Below, piece after piece: positions 34,640 through 43,010 of a DNA stretch of 56,457 nucleotides. The stretch lies in the IMG/VR virus record IMGVR_UViG_3300042990_000014, positions 1-56,457 of that record; one strand, 5' to 3'. The position numbers and the translations under genes were made by a program. Position 1 is the stretch's first letter. The number at the start of each line of letters is the position of its first letter. Source of the stretch: a virus. A model generated the notes under the pieces. It was not told where the DNA came from. It ran no database searches and saw only the letters and a list, made by a program, of their open reading frames with translations.

Positions 34640-35101
34640 TTACTGGACCGCGCGACCCCACACGAGCCACCCCGCCACGCAGAGCGCGCCCGTGGTCACA
34701 GCCCACATGATCGCGCTGAGCTGCCACGTGCCGCTGACTCCGCCCGCGATCAGCGCGGTGGCAATGATCATGGTGGTGATGGGCCGGCGGTAGCTGGCGC
34801 GCCGCACGCGGGTACCGCGTCGGTAGTTGTCGTTGTGCTGCACGTTGTGGATGGGCGCCTCGGTCTTGATCGCGCGCCACTCCGCCTCCAGCGCCTCGCG
34901 CCGGGTGCCATGCCAGCGGACGGTACGCGAGGACACCTCACGCCACCAGGGCTTATCGGACGCATGCTGAGCAAAGCGGTGCTTGAGCGAATTGGTGATC
35001 CCCACGTAGAGCAGCCGACGGCGCCGGTCGTACAGGCGGTACACGGCAGTGCGACCCTGTCGCGCGGGCACGTCAGGCAGGTAGCGCGGCGGCTTCATCA
35101 T
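34640..35101 (-). CDS. GIY-YIG domain protein with C-terminal transmembrane segments
   Basis: ATGA-coupled ATG at 35101. Motifs VYRLYD...LLYVGIT..L..R...H and EA..I. Two hydrophobic helices lie at the C-terminus. Confidence 0.7.
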   Translation of the reverse strand: MMKPPRYLPDVPARQGRTAVYRLYDRRRRLLYVGITNSLKHRFAQHASDKPWWREVSSRTVRWHGTRREALEAEWRAIKTEAPIHNVQHNDNYRRGTRVRRASYRRPITTMIIATALIAGGVSGTWQLSAIMWAVTTGALCVAGWLVWGRAVQ

Positions 35102-37029
35102 GCGGCCTTTCTCGAAAGAGTCTTGCCGGTCGGGTAGTAGCGCCCCTGCGGAGCGCCAGCGGGCTGGTGCAGCACGCCGAGCGCGACCAGCTCCTTGAGC
35201 GCGATGCCCGCCCACCTCTCCGAGTAGCCCAGGTGCTTGGCCACCAGGTGCGGCATGGTGAAGCCAGCGGGGGTAACCGCGCCGGAGGCCACAGCCTCGG
35301 CCACCTTGCGGTGCACCTCGGCGATGCGCGGACCGGCGGCGGCCACGTTGGCCGGCGGCGTGGAGGTCCACACCGGGAAGCGCGTCACGTCCGGCAGCGG
35401 CGGCGCGAGCCCGGTGGGGGCTGCCGCGCCCACCGGCCGCCCAGCCTTGCGCGCCTCGACGCGCGCCCGCTTGACGTCCATCGCGGCGGCCTGGATCTTG
35501 AACCGGTCGAGGTACTGGCGCCCGGCGGCATTCGCCGCACCCACGTCCAGCCCGCGCCACGTGCTGGTGGGCAGGTACTCGGCGGCCTGCGCATCAGTGA
35601 AGTGGTAGCTACGGAAGGGCGCGCTGCGCCCGCCGGGCAGCAGGTCCACCAGGTAGGCATAGCCCGGGGTGGGTGGGAAGCTGCTGGGGTTGATCGAGAT
35701 CTCAAAGATGTGCTTCACGTCCTTGCTCTTGCTCCGGAACGCCAAGCCGTTGCCCATCAGCAAGTTAGACCGAATCGACTCGGCGTAGTTCTTCGGGCTC
35801 GACCCGCCGAACGCGTCCAGCAGGGGAGACTGACTGGCCAGGATGCAGGCCACCCCCACCTTGCCCCCCTCGCGCGCGATGGTGGCCACCATCTCCTGGA
35901 TCTCCGGGAAGATCAGCAGCTTGTGGCACTCGTCCATGAAGATCAGCAGTCCGGGGCGTGCTGCGGTGGGAGTGAACCCCGTCCACCCCTCGATGTCGTT
36001 CTCGTCCTGGCGGAGGTCAATCACGCGCAGCGCGTCCCGCAGCATGATCACGGTCTCGGCCGGAGTCTTGGCCACCCGGTCGGCGTACTTCGTGAGCACG
36101 GTGGGCGACGACGCGCCGCCCTGCCCGTCGGCGTACTGCACCACGGTGGGGTGGCTGACGCTGGCCGCGATCGAGACCATGATCGAGTCGCCGGTACGGC
36201 TCTTGCCGGAATCCGTGCCACCCTGCATGTACCCGCCGTAGAGCCGGCTCTTGCTGTACACCCGCCAGCGCGCGACACCGATGCCGTCCGCGAACGGCCC
36301 CAGCGCCACGGTGCCGGTGGCGCTGTCGAACGCGCTCGGCCCCGGCCACAGGATCTCCTGCTTGATCGGGGACGTGGTCACGATGGTGAGTAGCTGGTGA
36401 GGCTCCGGCAGCGTGGTGTGCCTCTCGATGATCAGCTCCTGCCCGTCACGCAGCGAGAGGCCGCCCCGGATCCTCTCCATGGCCCCCGTGACGGTGCTCT
36501 GCTCCTGCACGCCGGGCACGAGGCGCAGCGTGTACCGCACGCCAGATCCGATTACTTCGGGATCCACCAGGCGTGAGCCGGGCACCGCGCGGCTGGGGGC
36601 GCCCACGTTGCGCTCCCAGCGCTCGGCGTACTCCGTGGGCGCCGCTGCGCGCTCGACGACAGCGTCTTTAATCCGGTGGGTACGCCACCAGTTCAGGGAG
36701 ATCACGCTGACCATGAGCGCCAGCACCTCGACGGCGCCCCAGGACAGCCCGGTGGCCGTGACCGAGGTGAGCCAGCCGGCGGCAGCCAGCAGGAATGCGG
36801 CGAGGCGTGAGCGCGACTTCGGGCACGAGATCTTCTGGCCGCGCTTCATCGCCACCAGCACCGCCAGCACGAACGCGGTCGCGCCCACGCTGGCGGCGGT
36901 CGCGGCCTCGTGGCCGGTCGCACTGGCAACTGCGTGGGTCGCGGCGGCGGCCACAACCAGCAGCCCCACAGCAGCGTGGGGCGCGAGCTGTACGCCGATG
37001 CCTGTGTGAGGCTGCTGGGTAGCGATCAT
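35098..37029 (-). CDS. FtsK/SpoIIIE/TraB-like membrane DNA translocase
   Basis: ATG at 37029 preceded by GGAGGAG. N-terminal TM helices, Walker A GGTDSGKS, Walker B LLIFMDECH, ILASQSP, and a C-terminal winged-helix-like tail. Confidence 0.85.
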   Translation of the reverse strand: MIATQQPHTGIGVQLAPHAAVGLLVVAAAATHAVASATGHEAATAASVGATAFVLAVLVAMKRGQKISCPKSRSRLAAFLLAAAGWLTSVTATGLSWGAVEVLALMVSVISLNWWRTHRIKDAVVERAAAPTEYAERWERNVGAPSRAVPGSRLVDPEVIGSGVRYTLRLVPGVQEQSTVTGAMERIRGGLSLRDGQELIIERHTTLPEPHQLLTIVTTSPIKQEILWPGPSAFDSATGTVALGPFADGIGVARWRVYSKSRLYGGYMQGGTDSGKSRTGDSIMVSIAASVSHPTVVQYADGQGGASSPTVLTKYADRVAKTPAETVIMLRDALRVIDLRQDENDIEGWTGFTPTAARPGLLIFMDECHKLLIFPEIQEMVATIAREGGKVGVACILASQSPLLDAFGGSSPKNYAESIRSNLLMGNGLAFRSKSKDVKHIFEISINPSSFPPTPGYAYLVDLLPGGRSAPFRSYHFTDAQAAEYLPTSTWRGLDVGAANAAGRQYLDRFKIQAAAMDVKRARVEARKAGRPVGAAAPTGLAPPLPDVTRFPVWTSTPPANVAAAGPRIAEVHRKVAEAVASGAVTPAGFTMPHLVAKHLGYSERWAGIALKELVALGVLHQPAGAPQGRYYPTGKTLSRKAA

Positions 37030-37286
37030 GACTTCGGGGACTCCTCCGTCAGTGTGATGACATGGGGCCTGAACGGCAGCGCCTCGGCGCGGACCCGTTC
37101 GGCGTACGCGACGCCCGCGATGAACGCCTGTCGCCAGACTTCGGCGGTCGCGCGCTCGGCGTCGTGCTCCCATCGCGCACGCAGCTCGCCACCCCAGCTG
37201 CGCCCAGCGCCCGAATCCACGCCGAGCTCGGCCACCCACTTCACGAGGTGCGCGGGCGGCTTAATCTCTTCCTCCAGGCTCGCCAC
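37026..37286 (-). CDS. hypothetical protein (86 aa)
   Basis: I chose the GTG at 37286, which follows GGAGAGGGAGAG. The ORF-track start at 37325 is also possible. Confidence 0.55.
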   Translation of the reverse strand: MASLEEEIKPPAHLVKWVAELGVDSGAGRSWGGELRARWEHDAERATAEVWRQAFIAGVAYAERVRAEALPFRPHVITLTEESPKS

Positions 37287-37364
37287 GATCTCTCCCTCTC
37301 CTCGCGCTGATCTAGCATCTTGCACCGCACCCCGCCGAAGCGGGGTACCGTGCGAGCGGCTCGG

Positions 37365-38120
37365 TCAGCGGCCACCCGTGAGGTGTTCCTTGTCCCCGGA
37401 AGCCTCCGGACTGGCCAGGTACGCCTCCTGCACACCCTTGTTGATGTCGGTGAGCGCCTTGGCGAGCATCGCCCACGCGGCCTCCGCCGCACTGGACTTA
37501 ATCCGCGCCTCGCTGGCCAGCGCCAGGACGGTGGGACCATGCTTCGCGGCCTCCAGCCCGGCGAGGAAGGTCTCCCCGCCCCCGTGCTCGGCGTACACCT
37601 CGGCCACCGCCTGCGCGTGGGCGATGGCGGGGTCGAGACCGGTAACTTCGGACATGATGGAACCTGCTTCCTTTTTCGGGAACATGTGGACAACGTTGGA
37701 AGGCGCCTCGGTGGCGCTCTCCGGTGGCGCGACCGGCGCTGGCTGGACGGCCGGTAGCGCAGGTGCGGCGGGGATTAAATGGATGGCTTGCGCAGGCACG
37801 AAGGCGTCGTCAATTCGCTGACTGGCCGGGCGCCCCTCGCCAGCCACCGCCAAGAAGCTGTCCGGCGCCGTCGGTCCGGATGTCTTGGCGGTGTGCGCGC
37901 GGCGCGCTTCGGTCTTCGCGCTGAGCATGTCGCCCCACAGGTCCATGCACCACTCTTTCGAGCCGTAGCGGGGCTGGTATCCGGGCTGCCCCTGCTGGCG
38001 CAGTTTCTCCAGCTTCCGCTCCCAGCGCGGAGAGGTCTTGCCCTGCGCGGCGTACTTCAGGTCGGTGGCCGCGCGCGTGGCGAGGTAGTACGCGCAGTAG
38101 ATGAGCAGGACAATCTCCAT
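37365..38120 (-). CDS. membrane-anchored hypothetical protein (251 aa)
   Basis: ORF track; N-terminal hydrophobic helix. Confidence 0.7.
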   Translation of the reverse strand: MEIVLLIYCAYYLATRAATDLKYAAQGKTSPRWERKLEKLRQQGQPGYQPRYGSKEWCMDLWGDMLSAKTEARRAHTAKTSGPTAPDSFLAVAGEGRPASQRIDDAFVPAQAIHLIPAAPALPAVQPAPVAPPESATEAPSNVVHMFPKKEAGSIMSEVTGLDPAIAHAQAVAEVYAEHGGGETFLAGLEAAKHGPTVLALASEARIKSSAAEAAWAMLAKALTDINKGVQEAYLASPEASGDKEHLTGGR

Positions 38121-38122
38121 GA

Positions 38123-38611
38123 TCAGTACCCCTCGTCCATGCCGGGGGCGCCGCGCTTGCCCTTACCGAACAGGTGGCCACTCTTCACCGTGCGCTGCGC
38201 GAAGGCGATAGCCACGCCCAGCAGGACCAGGGTCACCACGGTGGGCGCCGCCTTGCCCAGCGCACTGTGGATGGGGTCAGTCGCCCACTCCGCCGCGTCG
38301 TGCGAGCGGTCCATCACCCACTTGCCGACGCCGCCTGGCGCGATGCCCGCCAGGGTCGGCAGCACGATCGCGGAGTAGACGGCGATTTTGTTGGGCTCCC
38401 CGTCCATCGCGAGGTCACGAATGGTCAGCGCCAGCAACGGAATGAATATCACCAGCACGTACCAGCCCAGCCCGTGACCCACCGACTCGACGGTGTCCCC
38501 GACCCACATGCCGGGCGCGAACGCGCCCGCCAGGATCGCGCACCCGAACGAGGCCCACGCCATGATCGGGACAGTGACGCCCCTGATCTGCGCTTTCACG
38601 CCCTTAGCCAT
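38123..38611 (-). CDS. polytopic membrane protein (162 aa)
   Basis: ATG at 38611 preceded by AAAGGAG; at least 4 hydrophobic helices. Confidence 0.7.
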   Translation of the reverse strand: MAKGVKAQIRGVTVPIMAWASFGCAILAGAFAPGMWVGDTVESVGHGLGWYVLVIFIPLLALTIRDLAMDGEPNKIAVYSAIVLPTLAGIAPGGVGKWVMDRSHDAAEWATDPIHSALGKAAPTVVTLVLLGVAIAFAQRTVKSGHLFGKGKRGAPGMDEGY

Positions 38612-38627
38612 GATCAATCTCCTTTCT

Positions 38628-39077
38628 CTACAGGAAGATCCAGCCGGCGAGAACGCCAGCGGGACGAATGAGGTAGTCCGCGACCCAAGGCCCCGGACCC
38701 ACCAGGATGAACAGCTTCCACGCCGCGAACACGGGCAGCGCGCGCCCGGGACGCTGTGCGATCCACTCGACGTAGCGGCACACCACAGTGGCGGGACGCC
38801 CGATCAGCCGGAAGTACCCGATGCCCAGCGAGCGCAGCAGCCCGACGTCAGCCGTCCAGCCGGCGCCGTGCGCGTACACGCGCAGCTCGCGGACGCTGGA
38901 CGGCCGCGCGGTGAGCACACTCGGGGGTGTGAAGTACGTGTGAAGTTTCGCGCGGACGTCACTGCGCGTGACTGCCGACTTCCGACCGATCGGACCACCG
39001 GGGAGCGTTTCGCGCTCGGCGGGGGTGTCCTGAAGGTCGGAAGTTCCGACTTCGGAGTTACTGAGCGTGGTGGTCAT
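38628..39077 (-). CDS. membrane protein (149 aa)
   Basis: ORF track; ATGA coupled to the upstream gene. Confidence 0.65.
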   Translation of the reverse strand: MTTTLSNSEVGTSDLQDTPAERETLPGGPIGRKSAVTRSDVRAKLHTYFTPPSVLTARPSSVRELRVYAHGAGWTADVGLLRSLGIGYFRLIGRPATVVCRYVEWIAQRPGRALPVFAAWKLFILVGPGPWVADYLIRPAGVLAGWIFL

Positions 39078-39247
39078 CGCCGCCCCCTCATCAGCTCGAC
39101 GGTCAGCGCGTGCGCAGACCAGCCCGCACTCATGGCGAGGACGGCGGCCACCCAGGGCCAGCCGCCGTTGACCAGCGTGAAGGTGGTCAACGCCAGTTCA
39201 TTCAGCAGGGAGAGCCCCCACAGCCATGCCCATCCGCGACTGGTCAT
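39074..39247 (-). CDS. small membrane protein (57 aa)
   Basis: ATGA-coupled ATG at 39247 (MTSRGWAWLWGLSLL...). Confidence 0.5.
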   Translation of the reverse strand: MTSRGWAWLWGLSLLNELALTTFTLVNGGWPWVAAVLAMSAGWSAHALTVELMRGRR

Positions 39248-39414
39248 CGGCTCAGCCTGGACAGCATCCAGACGAACGCCAGCGGGAACGGCGCGTTGAA
39301 CGCCAGCAGGAGGATGAGCCAGTACGGCGCGCCGTTCACCGTGGCGTGCGCCAGCGCAACGAGATCGGCCACGGTCAGCAGCGCGAAACACGCCCAGATC
39401 AGTACGCGTGCCAT
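39244..39414 (-). CDS. small membrane protein (56 aa)
   Basis: Hand-translated MARVLIWACFALLTVADLVALAH.... GAAGGAAGG RBS. Below the ORF-track cut-off. Confidence 0.5.
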   Translation of the reverse strand: MARVLIWACFALLTVADLVALAHATVNGAPYWLILLLAFNAPFPLAFVWMLSRLSR

Positions 39415-39484
39415 GATGAACCTTCCTTCTTCTCTGCTCGGGAAACGGGAAATGCGGGGCGCGCCCTAGCCGGCGCGCCCCGTT

Positions 39485-39874
39485 CTAGCTTTCGTCCAGC
39501 AGGGTCCAGGACAGCACGATCGCACTGGTGACGCCGTTACCCTCGCAGGCCCGGCCCAGCTCGCGGACGTCCTCGTAGGTGCGGATGGGTTTGCCCAGAT
39601 CACGCCACGCGGCGCCCACATGCGTGATCCCGCCCATGTAGGCCGAGTAGGTCACGTAGTAGGGGTAGCTCGTGCGCGCGAGGGAAGCGCCCTTCACCCG
39701 CGCGCTCAACTCGATGACCTGCTCCAGTAGCTGGACATTCTCCGCCACGAGGCGCTCGGTGTCGGCGGTCGCGACGTCCAGCTCGGCCACCGCCTGCCGG
39801 ATGACGGTGGCGTGCTCCGGCCGCACCTGACGCGCCAGGCGCTCGATCGTTTCGCGCTGCTCATTCGTCAGCAT
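39485..39874 (-). CDS. hypothetical protein (129 aa)
   Basis: The ATG at 39874 (MLTNEQRETIERL) overlaps the upstream stop. Confidence 0.6.
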   Translation of the reverse strand: MLTNEQRETIERLARQVRPEHATVIRQAVAELDVATADTERLVAENVQLLEQVIELSARVKGASLARTSYPYYVTYSAYMGGITHVGAAWRDLGKPIRTYEDVRELGRACEGNGVTSAIVLSWTLLDES

Positions 39875-40050
39875 CAGCGCTGCCCCTCGCTCGTCCTCGA
39901 AATCGCCTTGATCTCCTGAATCAGCAGGGCGAGCGCCGAACCGGTCCCGCACCCCGCACCCACGGACACCCACCACGGCACACTCTCCGGGAGGTACCAC
40001 ATTGCTACGCCGCTCAGGATCAGGCATGCCGTGCGGAAAACGATCATCAT
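39874..40050 (-). CDS. small membrane protein (58 aa)
   Basis: ATG at 40050 after GGGGAGAG; two hydrophobic helices. Confidence 0.5.
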   Translation of the reverse strand: MMIVFRTACLILSGVAMWYLPESVPWWVSVGAGCGTGSALALLIQEIKAISRTSEGQR

Positions 40051-40113
40051 TGCCGACTCTCCCCACATTCATCTCTCGGCGAAGCTCTCACGGTACCACG
40101 GTCAACGCATCCG

Positions 40114-41070
40114 TCAACCGTTCTGAAGTGTCGCATTCCGGCGCGCCAGGGCGCTCTTGCGTGCACTCCCGATCGCGATCAACGCCCCGGTGGCCATGAC
40201 CATGAGCCCGTCCACCGCCAGCGGTCCGAATGCGACGGTCGCGCCGTCCTCGCCCCAGTGCTCCAACAGGCCGGACAGGTGCCGGTAGGAAACGAACGCG
40301 GCCACCAGGGCCACGGGCAGCAGCCCGACGTACCGGAGCGCGATCCAGCGCGCGCCGGAAGGCCACACAACGCGCGCCAGAATCTCTACCGCCACCAGGA
40401 CGGCGACGGGCCAGAAGGCGGAGGCGATGACGGCTCCGGGCTCCGGAGACCAGCCGGAGGGCGCGCCCTCCGGCCCCACGAAGGAATGCGCGACGTTCGC
40501 GGCGATCGACCCGACGCCACCCAGAAGGGCTCCGGCGTACGCCCAGAGCCGGCCGGTGGGGCGGAGCCCTCCGGAGGCCAGAGCCTCCGGCAGAGGTGTG
40601 AGGGCCGGAGGCTCTGGCGTCGAGCGCTCCGCCCTCCGATAGGTGGCTCCACGCCAGAGCCTCCGAAGCCCTCCGGCGCTCTGATCCTCCGGCGCTCCGC
40701 CCTCCGGACTCTGGCCATCTCCGGAGGGCGGAGCCTCCGGAGGGGAATCCTGCACCTCCGGGCTCCGGCCATCCTCCGGAGGTTTAACCTCCGGGCTCCG
40801 GCGCTCCGGGAGAGCCTCCGGCAGGCTCTGGACAAGCCCTCTGATCCTCCGGGCGCGCGACTCCCCGCACCTCTGGTCAGAGGGGAAGAGCTGGTCAGAG
40901 GTCCTCTGGATAACGGAGGCCGCCAGAGGTGCGGAGCGCCAGTCGACTCCGGCGGCCTCCGCATCTCTCCGGAGCCTGGAGACCAGCAGAGCGTCATCGG
41001 CAAGACTAAGGATGCGGCCGGAGGGCACCCCGCTTGCCGGAGGGCTAACCGTCTGCGTAGAGTTGATCAT
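40114..41070 (-). CDS. membrane protein with DUF2637-like C-terminal domain and Pro/Glu-rich linker
   Basis: 318 aa. The C-terminal four-helix region is AANVAHS...WPVAVLVAVEIL...VSYRHL...PLAVDGLMV. Confidence 0.7.
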   Translation of the reverse strand: MINSTQTVSPPASGVPSGRILSLADDALLVSRLRRDAEAAGVDWRSAPLAASVIQRTSDQLFPSDQRCGESRARRIRGLVQSLPEALPERRSPEVKPPEDGRSPEVQDSPPEAPPSGDGQSPEGGAPEDQSAGGLRRLWRGATYRRAERSTPEPPALTPLPEALASGGLRPTGRLWAYAGALLGGVGSIAANVAHSFVGPEGAPSGWSPEPGAVIASAFWPVAVLVAVEILARVVWPSGARWIALRYVGLLPVALVAAFVSYRHLSGLLEHWGEDGATVAFGPLAVDGLMVMATGALIAIGSARKSALARRNATLQNG

Positions 41071-41310
41071 GGTTCGGGTGCCCTTCGAGAGAGGGTGTCA
41101 GATCCTCTGGCTCCGGAGCGTGGTGACACACCCTCCGGAGCTTTTCTGTTCATCGGAACGCTACTCCTCCGGCTTGTGCTCCGCAAGCCAGAGGCTGTAT
41201 CCTCCCGCGCATGAAGCCCAGACGCTCGGTAGTGGGGTGGCGACTCCCCCCGGAGGTGACGGCAGCGGTAGCGGAGTACGGCAGGCAGACCCGGAGGTCT
41301 GCCGCCGGAG
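40434..41310. repeat. dense array of CTCCGG/CCGGAG motifs (about 30 copies, nine as the palindrome CTCCGGAG)
   Basis: Manual scan. Full 8-mers start at 40441, 40569, 40719, 40735, 40774, 40967, 41111 and 41133. The array spans the linker-coding part of 40114-41070 and the non-coding region upstream of it. Confidence 0.8.
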
Positions 41311-41396
41311 CGGCGGAGGTTCTGCTACTGGCCGCACTGAAGGCGGCAGCGGAGCGTGGGGAGTATCGGCCAGCGCCGGAAGGCTGAGCCCACAAG

Positions 41397-41431
41397 GAAG
41401 CCCCGGACGCTTTGGGCGGGTCCGGGGCTTC
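41397..41431 (-). terminator. terminator-like hairpin after the lysis cassette
   Basis: 12-bp stem GAAGCCCCGGAC/GTCCGGGGCTTC with an 11-nt loop. No clear U-tract. Confidence 0.45.
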
Positions 41432-41482
41432 ACTGTCGCGCGGCGCACTCCCTGCGGGCTGGCCCGAAGGAACGTGCCTACC

Positions 41483-41737
41483 CTACAGCGGGTCGTTGTA
41501 CTTCATGATGCGCGGGCGCAGCGCCTGCCCGAAGTTGTCGCGCGGGTCGCTCAACGGCGTCACCTCGCCGCGCACCCAGTACTGCACCCCGAGCTGGATC
41601 GCGGCGAGCGCGAGCACGATACCGGCGGCAACCTTCGCGCCGAACAAGTCGACAAGGAACGCACCGCCCGTCAGCGCCTGGAGCGTGGCCAGCAGCGACA
41701 TGGCGAGCAGTACGGGGTTGCGTTTGATCCGGGTCAC
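41483..41737 (-). CDS. holin-like membrane protein (84 aa, two TM helices)
   Basis: ORF track; last gene of the lysis cluster. Confidence 0.5.
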   Translation of the reverse strand: MTRIKRNPVLLAMSLLATLQALTGGAFLVDLFGAKVAAGIVLALAAIQLGVQYWVRGEVTPLSDPRDNFGQALRPRIMKYNDPL

Positions 41738-41955
41738 GATGTCGCGTCCTGGCGGGCCACAGCCGCGTTCGCCCAGAACATGACCTCCTCCAGCTTCGTC
41801 ATCGCCAGCGCGTACTCACGGCCGGCGGGGAGCAGCTCGCCCAGTTCCAGCGCGAGCCCCATGCACGCCGCGCGCACTCGCTCGTGCTCCGCCTTGCGCT
41901 CCTCGGTCAGCGCCGGATAGAACCTGAAGCGACTACTCAAATCCTGCGGTCCCAT
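41734..41955 (-). CDS. hypothetical protein (73 aa)
   Basis: ORF track; ATGA coupled. Confidence 0.6.
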   Translation of the reverse strand: MGPQDLSSRFRFYPALTEERKAEHERVRAACMGLALELGELLPAGREYALAMTKLEEVMFWANAAVARQDATS

Positions 41956-41965
41956 CTCGTCTCCC

Positions 41966-42211
41966 TCAGTTCTTCGTGATCAGCCCGAAGATGGCCACAA
42001 CCAGGCCGCCCAGCGCCACCAGCCCCGCGATCACCTTCCACGGCCAGCGGTTCTCTTCCAGCTCGCGGAGGCGCCGCTCGTGGTCGCCCTGCGCGGCCTT
42101 GACCGCCTTCACATCGCGGGCCGTGTTCACGGTGGTGGCCTCCACCCTGGTCAGCTTCTCGTAGATGCTGCGGAGAGAGATGACCACGCCGGGCTCCGGG
42201 ACGGTGGTCAT
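41966..42211 (-). CDS. membrane protein with C-terminal TM anchor (holin/spanin-like)
   Basis: 81 aa; coiled N-terminal half followed by WKVIAGLVALGGLVVAIFGLI. Confidence 0.5.
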   Translation of the reverse strand: MTTVPEPGVVISLRSIYEKLTRVEATTVNTARDVKAVKAAQGDHERRLRELEENRWPWKVIAGLVALGGLVVAIFGLITKN

Positions 42212-42960
42212 TCCTTCATCCGCGCGGAGATCATGTTCCCGACCTGCGCGGAGATGGAGCCGCCGATGATCGCGGCCACCCGCTGCGCGAGCTCTTCGAG
42301 CTGCGCGGGGGTGAGCACGGCCGCCGGCCGTGCAATGAGCGCATCCACCTTGACGGTGAGTGCCTTCAAGTTGGCGCGCCCCGCCGGCAACGGCGAGCCG
42401 CTACGCACGTCCATACCGTCGCCCAGCCACTGCTGGAGCCCGTCGTTGGTCAGGCCGCCCGGACCGCCAAGAAGTTCGGTCTTGAGCTGACGGATGGTGT
42501 CCGCGTCGAGCGTCATGCTGTCTCCACTCGTGAAGGGGTCGTAACTGCCGATGGACTGGGTGGCCCAATCGGAGAAGCACGACAGGTGTACGTGCTCGTC
42601 ATCGCTGTCGTACCGGTGCTGGAAGCCGTCCTCGTGCGTGCAGTGGCCACCGCCAAAGTTGATGTACTTGAGCCACGGGAGCTTGCCTGCGCGCGCATCG
42701 CGCAGAATGGCGGCGCCAAGGCCGTTGACGTTCGCGAGGTCGCACGCGCACACGTAGCCGTTCGCCGGGACCGGCTCGGCGGTGTAAGAGAACGGGGTGT
42801 GATCTTCCGGGGTACCAGCCTGGAGGTGGTCTTCGTTACCGATCGTGCCCAGCACCACGATGCCGTGACGCTGCGCAACGGCCACCATGTCCGCGATCGG
42901 GCGTGCCAACGTCCAGTGCCTGCCAGCGTTTACCCAGGTCCAATACGCTTGAGTTGCCAT
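42208..42960 (-). CDS. endolysin, zinc peptidase (M15/VanY-like) type
   Basis: ATG at 42960 after AGGGAGGG. Contains His/Asp metal-ligand-like strings EDHTPF, CACDL and DDEHVHLS. Located next to the holin-like genes. Confidence 0.55.
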   Translation of the reverse strand: MATQAYWTWVNAGRHWTLARPIADMVAVAQRHGIVVLGTIGNEDHLQAGTPEDHTPFSYTAEPVPANGYVCACDLANVNGLGAAILRDARAGKLPWLKYINFGGGHCTHEDGFQHRYDSDDEHVHLSCFSDWATQSIGSYDPFTSGDSMTLDADTIRQLKTELLGGPGGLTNDGLQQWLGDGMDVRSGSPLPAGRANLKALTVKVDALIARPAAVLTPAQLEELAQRVAAIIGGSISAQVGNMISARMKE

Positions 42961-43010
42961 CGCCCTCCCTAGATCGAATGCCACACACTCTCACACCGTA
43001 CGCGCCACGG

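Noticed and set aside
35098-37239. Longer N-terminal extensions given by the ORF track for many - strand genes (for example 37239, 20158, 15319, 47292, 46927, 26113, 25443, 40072)
   Set aside because: The extensions overlap the upstream gene by tens to hundreds of nt and are Arg/Gly-rich. Internal ATG/GTG codons with GGAGG-like RBS or ATGA/GTGA stop-start coupling give compact, non-overlapping models.
41288-41295. GACCCGGA, identical to the 8-bp TraB recognition repeat reported for a Streptomyces plasmid
   Set aside because: I found only a single exact copy. It is part of a local hairpin (GCAGACC-CGGA-GGTCTGC). The repeated unit here is CTCCGG(AG), so the match may be chance.
41012-41920. 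302-aa + strand ORF covering the 41071-41482 non-coding region and the lysis genes
   Set aside because: It is antisense to three coupled - strand genes. Its start would overlap the opposite-strand start codon at 41068-41070, and its third-position bias is mediocre. I treat the region as non-coding leader.
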